DNA from: Caulobacterales bacterium
GTDB lineage: Bacteria > Pseudomonadota > Alphaproteobacteria > Caulobacterales > Caulobacteraceae
Direction of reading: 5' to 3'
Assembly (NCBI GenBank): GCA_044445675.1
Contig: JBIOED010000002.1
Location: 64 to 64,063, forward strand
Length of the DNA stretch: 64,000 bases
Shown here: piece after piece, positions 1 to 8,740 of the stretch
How the letters are laid out: each line of letters opens with the position of its first letter
How positions within the stretch are numbered: position 1 is the first letter of the stretch
Made by a program: the position numbers and the translations under genes
The notes under the pieces: generated by a model
Database searches by the model: none
Told to the model about the DNA's origin: nothing
Seen by the model: the letters and a program-made list of their open reading frames with translations, nothing else

Positions 1-1
1 C

Positions 2-526
2 TACGACCCCGCCGCGGCCCTGCGCATCGCGCCCGGCGACCGTCAGCGGCTGGTCCGCGCCTGGGAGGTGTTCGCCGCAACCGACACCCCGCTCTCGGAC
101 TGGCAGTCTGCCGGCGCGCCGGCGCTGGCGCCCGGCGCCTGGCGGGCCGTCGCCCTGCAGCCGCCACGCGAGGCGCTCTACGCCCGGTGCGACGCGCGCC
201 TGGCGGCCATGGTTGAGGCCGGCGCGCTCGACGAGGTCCGCGCCCTCGCCGCCCGCGACCTCGACCCGGCGCTGCCCATCATGAAGGCCGTCGGCGTCCG
301 CGAATTCTCAGCCTGCCTGCGCGGCGACGCCACCCTGGCCGAGGCGCTGGCCGCGGCCCAGCAGCAAACTCGCAACTACGCCAAGCGCCAGGCCACCTGG
401 ATGCGCGGTCAGATGGCCGATTGGCCGCGGCTGACGGAAATCGATCCGGACGGCCAGTGGAGGCAGTTTCTTGCGCTTTACCCCGGGTTGACGCCCCCGG
501 CGCAGCATGCGAAACGCGTGATCTGA
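2..526 (+). CDS. miaA: tRNA dimethylallyltransferase, 3' part (truncated by window edge)
   Basis: Open frame from position 2 reads ...[11 protein letters not shown]...MKAVGVRE...[11 protein letters not shown], the MiaA C-terminal motifs. Confidence 0.93.
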   Translation, partial: YDPAAALRIAPGDRQRLVRAWEVFAATDTPLSDWQSAGAPALAPGAWRAVALQPPREALYARCDARLAAMVEAGALDEVRALAARDLDPALPIMKAVGVREFSACLRGDATLAEALAAAQQQTRNYAKRQATWMRGQMADWPRLTEIDPDGQWRQFLALYPGLTPPAQHAKRVI

Positions 527-544
527 CCATTCTAAGGAATTCCC

Positions 545-589
545 GTGCGCAGCATTCTTGTACTCGTAAGGCGGCCCGCCGCGGACTGA
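545..589 (+). CDS. ilv attenuator leader peptide MRSILVLVRRPAAD
   Basis: SD AAGGA at 534-538, GTG start, Ile-Leu-Val-Leu-Val run (ATT CTT GTA CTC GTA), upstream of a terminator and ilvB. Confidence 0.85.
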   Translation: MRSILVLVRRPAAD

Positions 590-622
590 CATCGCTCAGC
601 CCGCCAACGGTCGCTATCCCAC

Positions 623-648
623 AGGCCCCCTCGCGGGCCTTTTTTATT
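623..648 (+). terminator. attenuator terminator of the ilvB leader
   Basis: AGGCCC-cctcgc-GGGCCT hairpin followed by TTTTTATT. Confidence 0.85.
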
Positions 649-669
649 GCTCCAGCCCGAGCCGACGCC

Positions 670-2463
670 ATGACCGCCCACCCGACCACGATCGAAGCCG
701 AAACCATCACCCTCTCGGGCGCCGAGATGGTCGTGCGCGCGCTCCTCGACCAGGGCGTGGACGTGCTGTTCGGCTATCCGGGCGGCGCGGTGCTGCCGAT
801 CTACGACGCGCTGTTCGCCGAGCCGCGCCTGAAGCATGTGCTGGTCCGCCACGAGCAGGGCGCCACCCATGCGGCGGAGGGCTATGCGCGCTCCACCGGC
901 CGGCCCGGGGTCGTGCTGGTGACCTCCGGCCCCGGCGCCACCAACGCGGTGACCGGCATCGTCGACGCCTTGATGGATTCCATCCCGCTGGTGGTCATCA
1001 CCGGCCAGGTCGCCACCCATCTGATCGGCACCGACGCCTTCCAGGAATGCGACACCATCGGCATCACCCGACCCTGCACCAAGCACAACTACCTGGTGAA
1101 GGACGTGGCCGACCTGCCGCGCATCCTGCACGAGGCGTTCCATATCGCCACCTCCGGCCGGCCCGGCCCCGTGGTCATCGACATCCCCAAGGACGTGCAG
1201 TTCGCCAAGGGCGCCTATCAGGGTCCCGCAGAGGTCAAGCACGCGCACAACTATAGCCCCCGCACCAAGGGTGACCCCGGCCGCGTCGCCGAGGCCGCCG
1301 CCATGATCGCCAAGGCGCGGCGGCCGATCCTCTACACCGGCGGCGGGGTGATCAACGCCGGGCCGGAAGCCTCCAGGCTGCTGCGCGAGTTCGCCGCGCT
1401 GACCGGCGCGCCGGTGACCTCGACGCTGATGGGCCTGGGCGCGTTTCCGGCGTCGAGCCCGCAATGGCTGGGCATGCTGGGGATGCACGGCGCCTTCGAA
1501 GCCAACAACGCCATGCACGACTGCGACGTGATGGTGGCCATCGGCGCCCGCTTCGACGACCGGGTGACCGGGCGCCTCGACGCCTTCGCGCCCGGCTCGC
1601 GCAAGATCCACATCGACATCGACGCCTCTTCGATCGGCAAGAACGTGCGCACCGACATCGGCATCGTCGGCGACGCCGGCTCCGTTCTGGCCGACCTGAT
1701 TGCGGTCTGGAAGCAGCGGAACCTCAGCGTCGACAAGGCCGCCATGGCCGACTGGTGGCAGGAGATCGACGTCTGGCGCGCACGGGACTCGTTCCGCTAT
1801 CGCCCCGACACGAAGCTGATCAAGCCGCAGCACGCCGTCCAGCGGCTCTACGAACTGACCAAGGACCGCGACGTCTACATCACCACCGAGGTCGGCCAGC
1901 ACCAGATGTGGGCCGCCCAGTTCTACCGCTTCGAGGCGCCCAATCGCTGGATGACCTCCGGCGGCCTGGGCACCATGGGCTATGGGCTGCCGGCCGCCGT
2001 GGGCGTGCAGATGGCCCACCCGGGCAGCCTGGTCATCGACATCGCCGGCGACGCCAGCGTGCAGATGACCATGCAGGAGATGTCGACGGCCGTGCAGCAC
2101 GACCTGCCGATCAAGATCTTCATCCTCAACAACGAATGGATGGGCATGGTTCGGCAATGGCAGCAACTGCTGCACGGCGAGCGCTATTCGCACTCCTACT
2201 CCGCCAGCCTACCCGACTTCGTGAAGCTCGCGGAAGCCTACGGCGGCGTCGGCCTGCGCGCCGAGCATCCCGACGAACTCGACGACAAGATCCGCGAGAT
2301 GATCGCGGTGAAAAAGCCGGTGATCTTCGACTGCAGGGTGACCAAGGAGGAGAACTGCTTCCCGATGATCCCCTCCGGCAAGGCCCACAACGAGATGATC
2401 ATGGCCGAGGAAGCCCGCGACCTGGGCTCGATCATCGACGACGCGGGCAAGCGGCTGGTCTAA
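670..2463 (+). CDS. ilvB: acetolactate synthase large subunit
   Basis: FGYPGGAVLP, RHEQGA, TSGPGATN, GQHQMW, SGGLGTMG and ThDP motif GDAS...NN. Confidence 0.97.
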   Translation: MTAHPTTIEAETITLSGAEMVVRALLDQGVDVLFGYPGGAVLPIYDALFAEPRLKHVLVRHEQGATHAAEGYARSTGRPGVVLVTSGPGATNAVTGIVDALMDSIPLVVITGQVATHLIGTDAFQECDTIGITRPCTKHNYLVKDVADLPRILHEAFHIATSGRPGPVVIDIPKDVQFAKGAYQGPAEVKHAHNYSPRTKGDPGRVAEAAAMIAKARRPILYTGGGVINAGPEASRLLREFAALTGAPVTSTLMGLGAFPASSPQWLGMLGMHGAFEANNAMHDCDVMVAIGARFDDRVTGRLDAFAPGSRKIHIDIDASSIGKNVRTDIGIVGDAGSVLADLIAVWKQRNLSVDKAAMADWWQEIDVWRARDSFRYRPDTKLIKPQHAVQRLYELTKDRDVYITTEVGQHQMWAAQFYRFEAPNRWMTSGGLGTMGYGLPAAVGVQMAHPGSLVIDIAGDASVQMTMQEMSTAVQHDLPIKIFILNNEWMGMVRQWQQLLHGERYSHSYSASLPDFVKLAEAYGGVGLRAEHPDELDDKIREMIAVKKPVIFDCRVTKEENCFPMIPSGKAHNEMIMAEEARDLGSIIDDAGKRLV

Positions 2464-2475
2464 AGTGTTGGCCGC

Positions 2476-2518
2476 CTGGAGCCCCGTTTCGATTCAATCG
2501 AAACGGAAACGGATCTAG
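2476..2518. repeat. short intergenic palindromic element
   Basis: Perfect 11-bp inverted repeat CCGTTTCGATT-C-AATCGAAACGG (2484-2506) inside imperfect CTGGAGCC/GGATCTAG ends; contains a GANTC site. Confidence 0.55.
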
Positions 2519-2606
2519 GCTGCGACGGCTGGCGCGCTTGCGTTCCTTTTCACGACCTGGGCACGTGTTAAATGATCGGAAGAGGTCGCTTCCGAAGGAG
2601 CCCCGC

Positions 2607-3635
2607 GTGTCCCCGCATTCGCCGTCCCTTCACCGCGAAGCGTTCGGCCGCCTTGACGACGGGCTGGGCGCAAGCCTGTTCGACGCCAGCGAGGATTGCG
2701 TCAAGATCGTCGATCTCGACGGTCGGTTGCTGGCGATGAACGCCAACGGCATCTGCCTGATGGAGATCGACGACTTCGAGCGGCTGCGCGGCGCGCCCTG
2801 GCAGTCCTTGTGGCCGGAACAGCACGGTGCGACCATCGCAACCGCGGTCGCCGAGGCCGCGGCCGGGCGGGGGTCCAAGTTCGTCGCCGACTGTCCCACC
2901 GCCAAGGGCGACCCAAGGTCCTGGGAGGTTGTGGTCTGGCCGGTCCTGGACGCCGATCGCCGGCCCGTCCGCCTGGTCTCGATCTCGCGCGACGTGACCG
3001 AACGCCTGCGGATCGAGAATGAAAGGGCGCTGCTGGCCCGGGAGCTGACGCACCGCATCAAGAACATGTTCAGCGTGGTCGATGGCGTCATCGCCCTGTC
3101 GGTGCGCACCGTCGATGAGGCCAAGCCCTTCGCCGAGGCGCTTCGGCGGCGATTGGCCGGGCTTGGGCGCGCCATCGCTTTCGTGACGCCGCAGGAAACG
3201 CCGGAGCGCGAGGCAGGCGGCCCCCGCAGCCTGCAAGGGCTGCTCGGGGTGGTGCTCGAACCCTACGGAAAGATGACCGGCGACGGCCGCCAGATCACCG
3301 TCGAGGGCGATGATCCGCCCGTCGCCGTTTCGGCGATCACCCCCCTGGCGCTGGTGATCAACGAGCTGGCGACCAACGCCATGAAGTACGGCGCGCTACG
3401 GGCGGCGGACGGACAGATTGACCTGCGGATCGCGGTGGCCGACGACATGCTTTCGATGCGTTGGACCGAACATGGCGTGGCCAGCCGGCCTCCGCCGATC
3501 AACAAATCGGACGGCTTCGGCTCGGTCTTGCTGGACAACGCCGTTGTCCGCCAGTTGGGGGGCAGCCTCTCGCGCGACTGGGCCCAAGGCCTGGTCGTCG
3601 ATATCCGCGTCCCGCTGGCCCGGATCACCGGCTAG
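2607..3635 (+). CDS. PAS-domain HWE-family sensor histidine kinase
   Basis: SD AAGGAG plus GTG; PAS (DCVKIVDLDG...), H-box ELTHRIKN, ELATNAMKYGAL, WTE, GFG. Confidence 0.9.
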   Translation: MSPHSPSLHREAFGRLDDGLGASLFDASEDCVKIVDLDGRLLAMNANGICLMEIDDFERLRGAPWQSLWPEQHGATIATAVAEAAAGRGSKFVADCPTAKGDPRSWEVVVWPVLDADRRPVRLVSISRDVTERLRIENERALLARELTHRIKNMFSVVDGVIALSVRTVDEAKPFAEALRRRLAGLGRAIAFVTPQETPEREAGGPRSLQGLLGVVLEPYGKMTGDGRQITVEGDDPPVAVSAITPLALVINELATNAMKYGALRAADGQIDLRIAVADDMLSMRWTEHGVASRPPPINKSDGFGSVLLDNAVVRQLGGSLSRDWAQGLVVDIRVPLARITG

Positions 3636-3641
3636 CTAACG

Positions 3642-4109
3642 CTACCCCGCCTTGCGCAGATCCACGTCGACCGTTACGTGGCGGATTGTTCCATCCTCGG
3701 TGACGCCTTCCAGGACGATGCGGTCGCGCCCCGAATAGCCGGGATTGGCCGTGTAGTAGGCTTGGCGCCCCGGCACCTTGTGCGAATTGCAGGCCGCGCG
3801 GGGATTGTTCGGCGGGAACGCCAGGTAGACGCCCTCCTCCACAACTTTCACCTGGCCATGCGCGGGCGGCTGGACGACCGACAGGGTGTAGCCGGGATGG
3901 GCCGTGCAATCCGGGTCGATGGCCGCGCCGCCCCAGATCACGATCGGCGAATCGCCGATGGCCGCCTTGGAGACGCGGATTTTCTGGACGGCGTCGTGAT
4001 GCCCGCCCACCGGCCTGACGGTGACGTCGTAATGGCGTTCCTGCGCCAGGGCCGTAGCGCTCAAAGAAAAGGCGGCAGCGCCCGCGAGCAGGACAGTTGC
4101 AGCACGCAT
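3642..4109 (-). CDS. hypothetical exported protein
   Basis: Signal peptide MRAATVLLAGAAAFSLSATALA; two Cys; Y..NPGYSGRD motif; start chosen by eye. Confidence 0.7.
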   Translation of the reverse strand: MRAATVLLAGAAAFSLSATALAQERHYDVTVRPVGGHHDAVQKIRVSKAAIGDSPIVIWGGAAIDPDCTAHPGYTLSVVQPPAHGQVKVVEEGVYLAFPPNNPRAACNSHKVPGRQAYYTANPGYSGRDRIVLEGVTEDGTIRHVTVDVDLRKAG

Positions 4110-4207
4110 TCGCCGATCTCCCGAGGCCACCAGAACCTCGACCATTGGCCGTCCGCCTTACAGCAGTATTTCAGGATCGTTTCAAAGCCTGGCCCCGGTC
4201 GGGCGCC

Positions 4208-4519
4208 TCAGCGCGCGCCGAGCCGCGCCATCACCTCGCGCGGGATCTGATAGTCGGCGACGATCTGGGCGCGGTCGCGCAGGCCCATGACTTCGCGCTG
4301 GACGAGGAAGCACCACACCGCGTCGGCGGCGGCCTTCAGCACCGCTGCGCGGCCCGCGCCCTCATGGGCCTTCAGCGCCGCGAGCGCCGCCTCCGCCTTA
4401 CGACCCACGCGCCCCAGCGCGGCGACTTGCTCCTCCACGATCTCATAGTTGAGCGCCGCCTCGGCGCTGTCGGCGCCAAGGCGTTCGAGAAGGCTCTGGG
4501 GCATGCGGAGCGAGGACAT
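4208..4519 (-). CDS. conserved small protein (DUF6665-like)
   Basis: YEIVEEQVAALGRVGRK...AADAVWCFLVQREVMGLRD...YQIPREV pattern. Confidence 0.7.
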   Translation of the reverse strand: MSSLRMPQSLLERLGADSAEAALNYEIVEEQVAALGRVGRKAEAALAALKAHEGAGRAAVLKAAADAVWCFLVQREVMGLRDRAQIVADYQIPREVMARLGAR

Positions 4520-4563
4520 GGCCGCCCATGTTGGCGCCCCGCCCCGCGCGCGCAAGCTTTGCC

Positions 4564-4929
4564 TCAGCCGCCGTAGAAGAAGCGCTCCTCGGCGATCTTG
4601 CCATTCTTGAGCGTGTAGACGCCCATCTCGTCCATGGTCACGCGTTGACCGCTCGCCTTGGGGGTTATGTCCATCTTGAAGCGGACGACGAACTGGTCGC
4701 CGTTGACGTAGGGGCCCTCGACCTCGACGCCGTGGACATCGTGGTTGGCCGCCCACCACTCGCCCTTGCCGCGGGCGGCCGCGATGCCGCGGCTTGCCGG
4801 GTCGCCGCCGCCCGGCGCGCCGGCCTCGACGCTGAGCACGTCCTCGGCCCAGTATTTCTCGCCGCTCTCGGCGAACTTGCCCTGCTTGCAAAGCGCGACC
4901 AGGTCGTTGGCTATGTCTTGAGTGGTCAT
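4564..4929 (-). CDS. SnoaL/NTF2-like protein
   Basis: YWAEDVLSVEA...GPYVNGDQFVVRF...MDEMGVYTLKNGKIAEERFFY. Confidence 0.85.
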   Translation of the reverse strand: MTTQDIANDLVALCKQGKFAESGEKYWAEDVLSVEAGAPGGGDPASRGIAAARGKGEWWAANHDVHGVEVEGPYVNGDQFVVRFKMDITPKASGQRVTMDEMGVYTLKNGKIAEERFFYGG

Positions 4930-5020
4930 GTTTTCGTTTCCTGTCGTTGAAACCTCACCCTGGCCCCGACTTGTGACAGCGTACTGGCAGCAGCATACCG
5001 CCGAAGGCTATAAGGGCGCC

Positions 5021-5569
5021 ATGACCGACACCCAGCCCGCCTCCGTCTACGATCTCGCCCACGAGGACCAGGCCGAGAGCCTGGCGACCTTCGCGGTGCT
5101 GGTGGACAACGAGCCGGGTGTGCTGCACCGGCTGGTCGGCCTGTTCGCGGCGCGCGGCTACAACATCGAGAGCCTGACGGTCGCCGAGACCGACCGCAAG
5201 GCTCACACCAGCCGCGTAACCATCGTCACCCGCGGCACGCCGCAGGTGTTGGCCCAGATCGAGGCCCAACTCACCAAGATGGTCTCCACCCGTCATGTGC
5301 AGGACGTGACCCGCGACCCCAACGGCCTGGAACGCGAGCTCGCGCTGGTGAAGGTCAGAGGCGCCGGCCCCGACCGCGTCGAGGCCTTGCGCGTCGCCGA
5401 CATCTTCCGCGCCAAGGTGATCGACACCACCCACGAGAGCTTCGTCTTCGAGCTGACGGGCGCGCCGTCGAAGATCGACAAGTTCACCGACCTGATGCGG
5501 CCGCTGGGCCTGATCGAGGTGTCACGCACCGGGGTGCTCTCCATCCAGCGCGGCGTCGAGGCGCTCTGA
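5021..5569 (+). CDS. ilvN: acetolactate synthase small (regulatory) subunit
   Basis: VDNEPGVLHRLVGLFAARGYNIESLTV, RELALVKV, EVSRTG. Confidence 0.95.
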   Translation: MTDTQPASVYDLAHEDQAESLATFAVLVDNEPGVLHRLVGLFAARGYNIESLTVAETDRKAHTSRVTIVTRGTPQVLAQIEAQLTKMVSTRHVQDVTRDPNGLERELALVKVRGAGPDRVEALRVADIFRAKVIDTTHESFVFELTGAPSKIDKFTDLMRPLGLIEVSRTGVLSIQRGVEAL

Positions 5570-5607
5570 GCGGGAGCTGTCCCAGACGCCTGGAGAGCAT
5601 TGCCGCC

Positions 5608-6483
5608 GTGCGCCGTCTGATCCTCGCCGCCCTGCTGATCGCCGCCGCGGGCGCGGCTGGTGCGCAGCCGGTCCGGCCGCCGCCGAAAGACCTGCCGCCG
5701 GCCCAGGCGGACATCTGGCCGTTCCCGCCGCCGGACCCCAGAGCCTGGTGGGACGAAAAGCGCCCGGCCCCGCCCGATGCCGCCGACCCGCTGGGGGGGC
5801 GCCGCATGGGTCGCGGCGAGCGGCTGATCCAGGTCGACAGCGGCGTCGAGCCGTCCACCTATCGCCTCTGGGGCCTGCCGCCGCTGCAATGGGAGCTGTT
5901 GCGCGGCCAGGAGATGATCCTCGAGGTCTGGGTGCGCCCGGCGCGCAGCGTGCGCCAGAGCGTCATGCGCGTCACCGTGCGCCGCGACGGCAAGGCGTTC
6001 GTGCAAGGCCGCGCGGGCCTGGCCTGCTGCGAGGCCGACATCGCCCGCCGCATCGGCTTCGACGCTGAGCTGCCGCCCAGCCAGGCGCAAGCCTTCCTGG
6101 CGCTGCGCACCGATCCCCTGTGGGCCGCGCCCCGCTCGGTGCGGGTCAGCGAAGGCCCGGACCTCGCCGACGACATCTGCGTCGACGGCGCCTCCTACGA
6201 CCTGACGCTGCTGGTCCCGGGTCAGTCGCGCTCGATCCGCCGGGCCTGCGACAACGCCGCGATCGGCCAGGCCGCCGACATCCTGGAGCCTGTGCTGCGC
6301 GCCGCGCTGGGCCACGATGCCCGGTTCGACGTGATCTTCCCGCAAGGCGCCGACTTCGCCGCCGCGCGGGGCGCCTATCGCGACCTGATCGGCCACGGCG
6401 GCGCCCTGAAGCCGGACCCGCAGGCCCGGCCGCGCCCGCCCGGCGCCGAGATCAGGCCGCAACCTGCGCCATCTCCGCCATGA
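5608..6483 (+). CDS. hypothetical exported protein
   Basis: Signal peptide, Pro-rich N-terminus, CC and CVDG motifs; GC3-rich codon usage. Confidence 0.7.
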   Translation: MRRLILAALLIAAAGAAGAQPVRPPPKDLPPAQADIWPFPPPDPRAWWDEKRPAPPDAADPLGGRRMGRGERLIQVDSGVEPSTYRLWGLPPLQWELLRGQEMILEVWVRPARSVRQSVMRVTVRRDGKAFVQGRAGLACCEADIARRIGFDAELPPSQAQAFLALRTDPLWAAPRSVRVSEGPDLADDICVDGASYDLTLLVPGQSRSIRRACDNAAIGQAADILEPVLRAALGHDARFDVIFPQGADFAAARGAYRDLIGHGGALKPDPQARPRPPGAEIRPQPAPSPP

Positions 6484-7021
6484 CGCGGCGCCGCACGACG
6501 ACGCGGACCGTGAGGTACTGGACTGCGAACAGCGCGAGCTTCGAGGCGAGCGGCACGACGGCCACGAACGCCGGCCACCGGCTGGGCAGGGCCACCGCCA
6601 CCGCCAGGTTGGCCAGGGCCGTCAGGCCCATTAGCCCTGCCCACACATAGCCGAAGGCGATCATCAGCGGCTTGCCGTGCTCGCCAGCCACCGGCGGCAG
6701 GTAACGCAGCATCCAACCGCGCTTCAGCATCACCGCGCCGACCGCCAGGTAGATGATCGTCGGCTTGGCCATCAGGAAGCGCGGGTCGTTGGTCGCCATG
6801 CCGAGCGCGCCGAACACCACCACCAGGCCCAGCGACGCCCATTGCAGCAGCTCGATCCGGCGCTTCAGCAGCTTCTGGATCGCCACCTGCGCGATCCCGA
6901 CCAGCAGGGCGGCGCCGGTGGCGATCCGCACGTCCACCTTCAGCGCCACCAGCACCGCGAAGACGATGGTGGGCAGGAAGTCCGAGACCAGCGGGCGCGC
7001 CGCATAGAGCAGGCCGTTCAT
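6452..7021 (-). CDS. YciB/IspZ-like inner membrane protein
   Basis: DFLPTIVF, SLGLVVVFG, NDPRFLMAKPTIIY; multiple hydrophobic helices. Confidence 0.8.
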   Translation of the reverse strand: MNGLLYAARPLVSDFLPTIVFAVLVALKVDVRIATGAALLVGIAQVAIQKLLKRRIELLQWASLGLVVVFGALGMATNDPRFLMAKPTIIYLAVGAVMLKRGWMLRYLPPVAGEHGKPLMIAFGYVWAGLMGLTALANLAVAVALPSRWPAFVAVVPLASKLALFAVQYLTVRVVVRRRVMAEMAQVAA

Positions 7022-7187
7022 GCGAATTCTCCAGTGAAAACCTATGCCTGGAAGGCTACGGCCGCCACCCGCGCACCCCTAGCCCGCTCACGAACCGGTG
7101 GTGGCGATTGGCGGAAAACCCCCCGCCGTCCACGCTTCGCGAAGAGACGGCGCTTCAGTTTTTGGTCTCCAAGCCCTATATTGGCCC

Positions 7188-7527
7188 GGTCGGGGCTTGC
7201 CCTGACTATGGAGATAAACGCGCACGTAATAAGCGGACTGGACCCGGGTGCGATTCCCGGCGGCTCCACCAATCTTCCCCCGGGTATCGCCGGGTCGCCC
7301 TCGTTGGGTGGAAGCATGGGGCCGATCAGCATCGACAGACGTCTAAAGGTGTTGCTTTCTCTCGGCCTGACCCACCGTCCCGGGTTTTTAAACTAACTGC
7401 GAACGATAACTTCGCTGGAGAAGTCCGCCTGGCCGCGTAAGCGGTTCGACGGTTCTCAACCTAAGTCCTAGGGGTTCAGATCCTTAGGCGGGGCCCGGGA
7501 GGCGCCTGCCAACAGAAGCCTCCCACC
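7188..7527 (+). ncRNA. ssrA: two-piece (circularly permuted) tmRNA
   Basis: Acceptor piece ends GGTGCGATTCCCGGCGGCTCCACCA (7271); intervening segment 7272-7317; coding piece starts GGGGCCG (7318); outer ends approximate; sspB downstream. Confidence 0.93.
7399..7440 (+). other. tmRNA tag reading frame ANDNFAGEVRLAA
   Basis: ANDN...LAA-stop is the typical alphaproteobacterial SsrA tag. Confidence 0.92.
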
Positions 7528-7671
7528 TAACTCCGCGCGGGCGCCTCCCTCTTTCTTGGTGAGGAGGGCGAGGCGCCTGCCAACAGAAGCCTCCCACCTA
7601 ACTCCGCGCGCGGGCGCCTCCCTCTTTCTTGGTAAGGAGGGCGAGACGCCTGCCAACAGAAGCCTTCCACC
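7499..7671 (+). repeat. tandem repeat (71- and 73-bp periods, ~2.4 units) starting in the tmRNA 3' end
   Basis: GAGGCGCCTGCCAACAGAAGCCTCCCACC at 7499 and 7570, variant at 7643; intervening parts nearly identical. Confidence 0.9.
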
Positions 7672-7749
7672 CTATATTTCCCCGCATGAAGCAGCTTTGC
7701 GCGTCGCGGCCGAGGCGCTAGGTTCGCGCTCGCGTTTTTCGGAGACCCC

Positions 7750-8244
7750 ATGGCCCAGGATCCGCCGGCCCAGGATTTGATGCGCTATGAGGCGATGGCT
7801 CAGGATGCGCTGCGGGGCGTCGTGAAGACTGCGCTGAAGCGCGCCGCCGCGCCTGAGGGCCTGCCGGGCGCGCACCACTTCTACATCACCTTCAAGACCG
7901 AGGCCCCCGGCGTCTCCGGCCCGGCCGACCTGCTCGGCAAATACCCCGACGAGATGACCATCGTCCTGCAACACCAGTATTGGGACCTGGCGCCGGGCGA
8001 GACCTTCTTTTCGGTCACCCTGCAGTTCGGCGGCCAGCCCAAGCGCCTGAGCGTCCCCTACGCCGCGGTGACCCGCTTCTACGACCCCAGCGTGCAGTTC
8101 CTGTTGCAGTTCGAGGCGCCGGCCGTCGAGGGCGAGGCGGCCAAGCCGGAGGCCAAGGCGGATGCCACGGGTCCCGACCCCGAGGCGCCGCCGCCAGACG
8201 GCGAGGCCAAGATCGTCTCCCTCGACCAGTTCCGGAAGAAGTGA
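7750..8244 (+). CDS. sspB: ClpXP specificity-enhancing adaptor SspB (alpha type)
   Basis: HHFYITFKT..PGV, YPDEMTIVLQHQYWDL, C-terminal KIVSLDQFRKK. Confidence 0.95.
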   Translation: MAQDPPAQDLMRYEAMAQDALRGVVKTALKRAAAPEGLPGAHHFYITFKTEAPGVSGPADLLGKYPDEMTIVLQHQYWDLAPGETFFSVTLQFGGQPKRLSVPYAAVTRFYDPSVQFLLQFEAPAVEGEAAKPEAKADATGPDPEAPPPDGEAKIVSLDQFRKK

Positions 8245-8738
8245 TGAGTGAAACCGCTGCGCCTGAGGCCTCTGCGCCCGGGGCCTCCGCGCCCGAGAAG
8301 ATGACCGACGCGGCGATCCTCGAGCGTTTCCAGAACACCCGAAACCAGCCGACCGGCTCCCAGACCCTGGGGTTTCGGATGCTCTCGGTGAACCAGGCGG
8401 CGAAGACCGTCGAGGTCGAGTTCGAGGCCCGAGCCGAGCTGCTGCTCAACCCGATGAAGCAGATCCAGGGCGGCTACCTCTGCGCCATGCTGGACGAGTG
8501 CATGAGCGTAGCCTGCATGGTGGCCTCGGGCATGACGGCGGTCGCGCCGACCTTGGAGATGAAGACCAGCTTCTTCCGCCCAGGTCTGCCGGGCAAGCTG
8601 CGCGGCGTCGGCCGGGTCGCCAAGTGGGGCCGCCAGGTCGCCTTCACCGAGGGCGAGCTCTACGACGCCGACGGCCGGCTGCTGGCCAAGGCCACGGGCA
8701 CGGCGATCCCGACGCCATTCCAGACCTACAAAAAATAG
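8244..8738 (+). CDS. PaaI-family thioesterase
   Basis: LNPMKQIQGGYLCAMLDE hotdog-fold motif; start overlaps the sspB stop. Confidence 0.88.
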   Translation: MSETAAPEASAPGASAPEKMTDAAILERFQNTRNQPTGSQTLGFRMLSVNQAAKTVEVEFEARAELLLNPMKQIQGGYLCAMLDECMSVACMVASGMTAVAPTLEMKTSFFRPGLPGKLRGVGRVAKWGRQVAFTEGELYDADGRLLAKATGTAIPTPFQTYKK

Positions 8739-8740
8739 CC

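Noticed and set aside
1464-2606. Long N-terminal extension of the HWE kinase in the ORF track
   Set aside because: It overlaps ilvB out of frame; a good SD and GTG exist at 2607
7225-7271. Possible tRNA gene (T-arm plus CCA)
   Set aside because: It is the acceptor piece of the permuted tmRNA; there is no anticodon arm
7499-7671. Possible mini CRISPR array (29-nt repeats with 42-44-nt spacers)
   Set aside because: The two spacers are nearly identical to each other, the repeat is the tmRNA 3' end, and no cas genes are present
8256-8297. Short 15-nt repeats (APEAS/APGAS/APE) at the PaaI N-terminus
   Set aside because: Ordinary low-complexity slippage in a linker; no further structure
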